The notes under the pieces were generated by a model, which made no database searches, was not told the origin of the DNA, and saw only the letters and a list, made by a program, of their open reading frames with translations. A DNA stretch of 56,758 bases from a virus. Its lineage: Duplodnaviria; Caudoviricetes. The stretch is from IMG/VR virus record IMGVR_UViG_3300009079_000001, positions 1-56,758 of that record; one strand, written 5' to 3'. Position 1 is the first letter of the stretch. Every line of letters begins with the position of its first letter. Of this stretch, positions 51,220 through 56,758 are shown in pieces. The translations under genes were made by a program, and so were the position numbers.

Positions 51220-51909
51220 TTAAGTGATAATGTTAGGGAAGAATTCTTTCAACGCCTCCTTAACTTTGTTAGCAACAATAACGTGCTCTTTCTGAGTACC
51301 GTTACCTTCTCGTACAGCAATGTAGTGCATCCAAGACCTCAAGTTACCAGTCATGTATAGACGAGTAAGTGTTAGTCCTTCAGGTAGAATACAGCGAGCA
51401 ACCTCTTTAGCAACACCAGCATCAATCAGCCTATTGTAGTGATACATAGCAGCTTGAGTTACTTCATGCTGTGCATCTAGCCACATATTAATAATGTCTC
51501 TGCGCTCTTCCTTATTAAGGTTTGCACACTCTGACATCATTACACTGTTCTGCCTGTTGCTATAGTCTTGCATACGACATTCACGCTGAGTAAAAGTGTC
51601 GTTAATTACTGCTGCATATCTCTGACTAAACTCTTGAAAGCTGAAACTACGATGCCTCAATATTTGCCTACTAATATCTCTAGGACAAATTATTTCGACT
51701 GTGGCAGTGGCTTGTTCAAATACTGACCAATGTCCATGGGATGCACAGTAGTTGAGCAATCCTTTCGCTGTATCAAAGTTGTCTTGATTTGAAGGATTGC
51801 TAACTCTCGCTGCATAGCTGATAACACCCTCAGCATTTGGAATGTCATTAGTAACTGGCTCAGACACAGAAATAACACGGACAGCAATATCATTGTGGAA
51901 TTCATGCAT
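51220..51909 (-). CDS. thyX: Flavin-dependent thymidylate synthase
   Basis: H.SVFE, RHRSFSFQEFSQRY, KEVAR..LP, GNLRSW.HY. Confidence 0.95.
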   Translation of the reverse strand: MHEFHNDIAVRVISVSEPVTNDIPNAEGVISYAARVSNPSNQDNFDTAKGLLNYCASHGHWSVFEQATATVEIICPRDISRQILRHRSFSFQEFSQRYAAVINDTFTQRECRMQDYSNRQNSVMMSECANLNKEERRDIINMWLDAQHEVTQAAMYHYNRLIDAGVAKEVARCILPEGLTLTRLYMTGNLRSWMHYIAVREGNGTQKEHVIVANKVKEALKEFFPNIIT

Positions 51910-52384
51910 TACTTGCTCCTTGTTTTAGGACAGCCTCATCTTCATTATCTTCATCTGCATCAGCATCTGGCATATTATCTTCTGGAGGCAACATACCAAC
52001 TTCTGCATAGTATTGCTTGCAGATAGTTAGGTAGGATGGATCAGTTGACTTCACGAAGATGTTGTTGTACATGATACCTTTACGGTCTTTAATGTCATTA
52101 TAAGCAGCATCAAGACATGAGATAAAAGATACATTATTCCGGATGCAGATATTAACAAGCACCACCATAATGTCACCAACATCGTCACGAATATCCTTTC
52201 CTTTACAGAGGCTATCACTTAGTTCTCCCACTTCTTGAATAAGTTTCATGAACTGAGTTTTATCATCAGAACCATCCAACAAGTTACGGTTGGAGTGCCA
52301 TGTGGCAATATCCCTCAGACGCATTCCAATATGTTTGTAGTCCTTAAACTCAGCAATAACCTTTCTAGCTTCTAGTCTATTCAT
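51902..52384 (-). CDS. MazG-like nucleotide pyrophosphohydrolase
   Basis: KLIQEVGEL...DDVGDIMVVL...AYNDIKDRKG. Confidence 0.88.
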   Translation of the reverse strand: MNRLEARKVIAEFKDYKHIGMRLRDIATWHSNRNLLDGSDDKTQFMKLIQEVGELSDSLCKGKDIRDDVGDIMVVLVNICIRNNVSFISCLDAAYNDIKDRKGIMYNNIFVKSTDPSYLTICKQYYAEVGMLPPEDNMPDADADEDNEDEAVLKQGASNA

Positions 52385-53028
52385 ATGCGGTCAATCTCCT
52401 CTGGCTCATCTTCTGTCATAAATGGTGTGTCATCTCTTTCACCATCGTCCTCTTGAACATAAGTACCACCCATGTCAAGAATAATATCCCACAACTCATC
52501 AATGGTTTGTGCAACATTGTTTTCAATAACATCTAGCTGGAAAGTAATACTAGGAAAGTCATTAACATAGTTACGACTGTCTCCTTCATAAGTACAACCT
52601 TCTCTGCGTAGTTGTACAATGACAACTTCATGTATGCCTTCTACCATTTGTAGCATAACTTTCATCTCTGCGACAAATCCACCATCAGAGATAATATAGT
52701 TCATGTGGTCTGGTTCATTAAGGATACGGTCTGCAAGAACAGCACCATAATGGTGTAAACCATACATAGGCTTAATGATCTTTTCACTTACATGGATAAG
52801 AGCACCACGTGGAGTAAGACCACCAAAGACTTTTGTATGCTTCTCTTTCTTCTTACGATCTGTAAAGTACGGCATAGCCTTCTTCAAAGGAACATCATAC
52901 ACTTTGCATACATCATAATATAGTTGCTCCTTAAACATCAGGTGCATCCAATTCTCTGTAGTCTCTGCAATAAGATTAGCTATAGTATCTTTACCAGAAC
53001 CTGGAGGCCCGTTAAGAATTACAATCAT
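52381..53028 (-). CDS. Deoxynucleoside monophosphate kinase-like P-loop protein
   Basis: GPPGSGKDT, TPR..LI..SE, ISDGGF..E, DSR.Y. Confidence 0.8.
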   Translation of the reverse strand: MIVILNGPPGSGKDTIANLIAETTENWMHLMFKEQLYYDVCKVYDVPLKKAMPYFTDRKKKEKHTKVFGGLTPRGALIHVSEKIIKPMYGLHHYGAVLADRILNEPDHMNYIISDGGFVAEMKVMLQMVEGIHEVVIVQLRREGCTYEGDSRNYVNDFPSITFQLDVIENNVAQTIDELWDIILDMGGTYVQEDDGERDDTPFMTEDEPEEIDRI

Positions 53029-53744
53029 ATACTTTCCTCATTTTTATCTTCACGAAACCTAACGAATGCAGGAAACCGCAACTTACCTTTCTCAGTAACT
53101 TCACGATATTCTACCTGAATGATAGCTCCCATAAGTGCGCCTCTATTATGCCAAATAGCATACCTACCTTTATCATCAAAGCCACTACCAACTGAACCAT
53201 GATTAGTTTGTATACTGCCTAGAGTACCTTTAAGCCTGCCAGTTCCTTCCTTAAAACCAGTGATACGAACATCAGCTTGTTTCTTAGGAACTACTTTAAG
53301 CCAATCATAGATACCTTTACGCTGGTTAAACTTACGAAGAACAAGTCCTTCATTACCTTTAGCCAACTCTAGGTTCATCAAGTATTCTAGCTTAGCCCAA
53401 TCAGGATTAAGTACTTTACCAAGATAAAGCCTTTCATCTACATAGCCGTCACGTAGTTCATATACCATAGATTGATCTGCTGGAACATGAAACTCTGAAC
53501 GAGTAATACTAACGCTAGTACTCCAGTCAATATGAAACAGTTCAGCATCTTTGAATTCCAAGTGTCCGACATTGAACAACTCTTTACTATTTCTGCTAAC
53601 CACCATATCAGACTTATTACGAAGAACACGAACCCCATCCAATTTACGATAGACATGCCAAATACCTGTTAGTTTATCCTCTGGCTCATGATAGGACGCC
53701 TTAATATAAGACGTACCATCATCCAGAGCTTTACGAATACTCAC
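53025..53744 (-). CDS. Minimal ATP-dependent DNA ligase
   Basis: KLDGVR, EGLVLR, LKV.P, VGSGF, LRFPAF..FR.DK. Confidence 0.9.
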   Translation of the reverse strand: MSIRKALDDGTSYIKASYHEPEDKLTGIWHVYRKLDGVRVLRNKSDMVVSRNSKELFNVGHLEFKDAELFHIDWSTSVSITRSEFHVPADQSMVYELRDGYVDERLYLGKVLNPDWAKLEYLMNLELAKGNEGLVLRKFNQRKGIYDWLKVVPKKQADVRITGFKEGTGRLKGTLGSIQTNHGSVGSGFDDKGRYAIWHNRGALMGAIIQVEYREVTEKGKLRFPAFVRFREDKNEESI

Positions 53745-53999
53745 TTACAACCCATAAATGGTATGTGTATGAGCCATTTCTTTCACTTCATTGATAGCAT
53801 CACTATGACGCAGTGATTCTTTACTCAGAAGTGTAAGATGCTTCGTATGTGTAGCATCAATATCTTTCATTGTAGCAATAACTTCGTAAGCTATTTCAAG
53901 TGCTTCACTATGCTTGTTAACAACACCAATCAGTTCATTAATTTGATCTTTCATTTCATTATACTTTTCTTGCAGACGCATGTAATCAATATCACTCAT
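53745..53999 (-). CDS. Hypothetical coiled-coil protein
   Basis: AAGGAG RBS; coupled. Confidence 0.75.
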   Translation of the reverse strand: MSDIDYMRLQEKYNEMKDQINELIGVVNKHSEALEIAYEVIATMKDIDATHTKHLTLLSKESLRHSDAINEVKEMAHTHTIYGL

Positions 54000-54511
54000 T
54001 TTTGTTTCTCCTTACTTTTTAAGAATTCTCTGGCTTGCGCCCTTCTAATACCAGCGGTTTTTCCGGGATCAATCCCAAGCTGTGTGAGCTTCTTCTTCTG
54101 GAATTCTGCTGGCTTCTTTGTAAACTCGATGACTTTCTTTTCAATTGCTGCATCCTCCATTGTCATACCACTTCTTTCGGAATAGGTAACTACACTGTGA
54201 CACGCTTTACACAATATCTCTAAGTCTGCGGTAGTAACCATTAATAGATTTTCAACATGCTCTCCAATATTATCCTTAGATAGTCTGCCTACTTGTTTCT
54301 TGTGGTTTACCTCAACATCTGCCATCTTATAATCTTTCTTACAACTTTCACACTTTACATGCCAGATTCTTCTGCCAGTGTTAGTCGCTTTAAGAAATCT
54401 ACGGTCTTGCAGCATCCCTACTTTCGCAGGGTGCTGTGACCATATCTTACGCAAGTTAGAGCGAAGCCAATTTAAGAACTGTGCTTCACTCTTAGCCCAA
54501 CCGTACATCAA
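53996..54511 (-). CDS. HNH-type endonuclease (possible resolvase)
   Basis: CESC...EVNH...LEILCKACH. Confidence 0.8.
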   Translation of the reverse strand: MMYGWAKSEAQFLNWLRSNLRKIWSQHPAKVGMLQDRRFLKATNTGRRIWHVKCESCKKDYKMADVEVNHKKQVGRLSKDNIGEHVENLLMVTTADLEILCKACHSVVTYSERSGMTMEDAAIEKKVIEFTKKPAEFQKKKLTQLGIDPGKTAGIRRAQAREFLKSKEKQK

Positions 54512-55404
54512 CCAAACATCCTAGTTTCTAGACAGTACAGAGACTCATTAAGTCTGCTGGTGTCGTGATGCCATAGTTGCAGTTTACCATCAGTAATACG
54601 TGTAGTCATATATAGGCAGCGTCCTTGCTTAAGCAATTCAACTTCCCAATCATCACCAAACATAATTACATACTGCTTACGAACAACCTTCATCCCTTCT
54701 GCATAACTTGTGCAATGCAGTAACAGGTCATAGGCTTCTACAGCACCAATACCTTCTCTTGCTTGGTATGCTTGTCCGGCCTTCTTTCCGGTCTTGTATA
54801 CCTTGTCTACTTTAACGCCACAGCCCATAACATTATCTGTGCTGTCTCCTGTCAACAACTGCCAACATAAGAACAACGGGCCATGTCCACTAATTTTCTT
54901 TGTACCTTTATCACTGATCTTACAGTTCAGTTCACCAACATTATCGACGAAGATAAATTCTTCACCTTTATGTTGTGTTTCCCATCTGTAATGCCAACCT
55001 TTACACTGCAACATATCTTTATCAATAGTTACAATGATAGTACTATCATCTTGCTTTTGGTAAATACACATGAGGTCATCAGCTTCAACTCCCTCCATGC
55101 TTTCTGCATTCCATTTAGCCTCTACATACTTTCTTGCTGTATCTAGGTAGTAAGGACGTTCTTTATCTGCACGATGAGCTTTATACTCTGGCATAATATC
55201 GAAACGGAAATTCCTTTTACCACTAAAGAACACACGAACTTTCTCAGCTTCTGTTCTGTTCTTTAGGAATATGATTTTACTGTCAATGGCGGATAGAATT
55301 TCTTCTACCCGCACATATGCAATATCGTTACCATATTCAGCAGCAGCGCATATAGAGTAGACAATAAGATCACCATCTAATAGTGCTTCCTTAAATCTAC
55401 TCAT
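54508..55404 (-). CDS. 5'-3' exonuclease (T7 gp6 / FEN family)
   Basis: LLDGD, NFR....PEYKAHR, EADD, IDKD, GDSTDN. Confidence 0.92.
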   Translation of the reverse strand: MSRFKEALLDGDLIVYSICAAAEYGNDIAYVRVEEILSAIDSKIIFLKNRTEAEKVRVFFSGKRNFRFDIMPEYKAHRADKERPYYLDTARKYVEAKWNAESMEGVEADDLMCIYQKQDDSTIIVTIDKDMLQCKGWHYRWETQHKGEEFIFVDNVGELNCKISDKGTKKISGHGPLFLCWQLLTGDSTDNVMGCGVKVDKVYKTGKKAGQAYQAREGIGAVEAYDLLLHCTSYAEGMKVVRKQYVIMFGDDWEVELLKQGRCLYMTTRITDGKLQLWHHDTSRLNESLYCLETRMFG

Positions 55405-55416
55405 ATACCTTACTCC

Positions 55417-56127
55417 TTAATATGGAACATCAGCATCCAGATCAACATCTTCATCAACCAGTTCGTTAGGAGCATCATCTTCATTAGAGTCACTAACTTC
55501 TTCAGGTGTTGCACCGAGCATCTTCTGAATCAGAGAGCCTTGGAAAGAACTAGAAGCCATGATACGATCACGTTGAGCGTACTTGTTACCAGAGTACAAC
55601 TTGTTCCATGCTTCCATAGTCGGTTCAGCCATATCGAAGAACAATGGAGTATTAATCAGAGCAGGTGCTGCAGCTACTTCCTTAGCCTTCATGGTCAGAA
55701 CAGATACAACCTTGTTATCTTCCTTACCTGCATTCTTGCCAGACTTCTTAATGTACTTAGAGATCATTACATTGACTGGAGTACCAATCATTTCACTCAA
55801 GGACATTGTAAAGCCTTCTGGAATGGCGCTAATAAGTTTGTAGATATTAGCCTTCTCGTTCATATAACCATCAGCATTATATGTAACTTCATAGCTAAAT
55901 ACACGAGGCTTGTCAGTAAGAACTTTGCCTTCTTCATCTAGCATGAATTCGTCAAGCAGCTCAAAGCGGAATTCGAGTTTCAGCTTTTCTTCTGGGTACT
56001 GTGGAGAGCCTGGTTGCATACCAAGGTCTACAATACTAAGAATACGTGCTGGGTATACACCTTCATCTAGCAAAGGTGCTGTGCTTTTTACTTTGTCGCC
56101 TGCTTTTACGGGTTTTGCGAATGCCAT
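55417..56127 (-). CDS. Putative single-stranded DNA-binding protein
   Basis: G.YPARI..IVDLG.Q; acidic tail ending D.DVPY; between polymerase and exonuclease. Confidence 0.65.
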   Translation of the reverse strand: MAFAKPVKAGDKVKSTAPLLDEGVYPARILSIVDLGMQPGSPQYPEEKLKLEFRFELLDEFMLDEEGKVLTDKPRVFSYEVTYNADGYMNEKANIYKLISAIPEGFTMSLSEMIGTPVNVMISKYIKKSGKNAGKEDNKVVSVLTMKAKEVAAAPALINTPLFFDMAEPTMEAWNKLYSGNKYAQRDRIMASSSFQGSLIQKMLGATPEEVSDSNEDDAPNELVDEDVDLDADVPY

Positions 56128-56138
56128 GTTGTTTCTCC

Positions 56139-56414
56139 TTAAAATATACTTTGAATTTCAATTGCTTTATCAACAATTTTCTTCAGTTCGGTTTCGTAAC
56201 TATTATTTGCTTCTGCAACATGCTTCATTATAAGTTTACCAACAGTACCTTTTTCCTCTGCTGGTATTTCCTTACATTCGTTTATTTGCTCTTCAAATAA
56301 TGCTGCTGCACTTCTAATAGCTTTACGTCTATTGATTAAATGCAGCATTTGCTTTAGTGCTGTTGGTTGCATGTTAATGGATTTCGGCATAGTTATCTCC
56401 AAACGATACGGCAC
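56139..56414 (-). CDS. Hypothetical protein (true start likely 56390)
   Basis: GGAG RBS before MPKS. Confidence 0.65.
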   Translation of the reverse strand: MPYRLEITMPKSINMQPTALKQMLHLINRRKAIRSAAALFEEQINECKEIPAEEKGTVGKLIMKHVAEANNSYETELKKIVDKAIEIQSIF

Positions 56415-56758
56415 ATGCTAATGTTACATTAAGCTGTAGCATATCATTAACCTTGTCCATTGCCTCATAAACAACATCACCTAATGCTTCAAGTGATCTC
56501 TCGTTATCTTTAAGTCGCATAACAAGTTCATCATGAAACTCTCCAATTACAGGAGCATTGCTGCCATACCTTTCATTACAAATCTGGTGGCAACTTTCAA
56601 TCCACATATCACAGATATAACTACCAGTGCCTTGGCACAATGTACTAAATCTGTCCTTCTCTGACTTCAACCAATACCAGAAACCATTAACAGGATTACG
56701 TTGCCAAGAATTTTGAATACACTTCTTAGTTTCTGTACTCTCTGCAATAGCATCAATA
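56374..56758 (-). CDS. Family A DNA polymerase, C-terminal part
   Basis: STLCQGTG, motif C FHDE, terminal GDNYAEIH; in frame with 1-1691. Confidence 0.95.
   Translation of the reverse strand, partial: IDAIAESTETKKCIQNSWQRNPVNGFWYWLKSEKDRFSTLCQGTGSYICDMWIESCHQICNERYGSNAPVIGEFHDELVMRLKDNERSLEALGDVVYEAMDKVNDMLQLNVTLACAVSFGDNYAEIH
56636..56758. repeat. 123-bp terminal direct repeat, copy 2
   Basis: Identical to 1-123. Confidence 0.95.

Noticed and set aside
48449-53028. Modified-base DNA pathway
   Set aside because: nrdAB, thyX, MazG and kinase are ordinary nucleotide-supply genes; no PurZ, hydroxymethylase, glycosyltransferase or 7-deazaguanine genes recognised.
56374-56670. 98-aa ORF as split or truncated polymerase
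   Set aside because: Contiguous and in frame with 1-1691 across the junction; no intron, intein or frameshift needed.
56636-56758. Terminal repeat as biological genome ends
   Set aside because: It cuts the DNA polymerase gene in frame; typical assembler overlap. Real ends more likely lie in 13560-14240.

Overview
The window is an apparently complete, circularly permuted genome of a lytic myovirus (unit length 56,635 bp; bases 1-123 repeat exactly at 56636-56758 and split the DNA polymerase gene). All credible genes are on the minus strand. Size, unidirectional layout, single-subunit RNA polymerase, T7-like primase-helicase/PolA, tRNA-Arg and contractile-tail module resemble Chaseviridae-like (phiEcoM-GJ1-like) phages; this is inference, no search was run. 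The main unusual feature is TWO short, apparently intact T7/N4-RNAPII-family RNA polymerases: 10588-12585 heading the early region and 46687-48495 just ahead of the packaging/structural genes. Also seen: a 4-copy candidate promoter motif, a ~175-nt structured RNA, a cluster of tandem RNA pseudoknots, a tape-measure-position protein carrying a YqaJ/lambda-exonuclease domain, three GC-rich DNA islands inside genes, a collagen-rich tail fibre, RadC/JAB and nucleotidyltransferase early genes, and an OprI/Lpp-like lipoprotein, with no recognisable holin or endolysin. Product calls come from motif recognition and gene order only.
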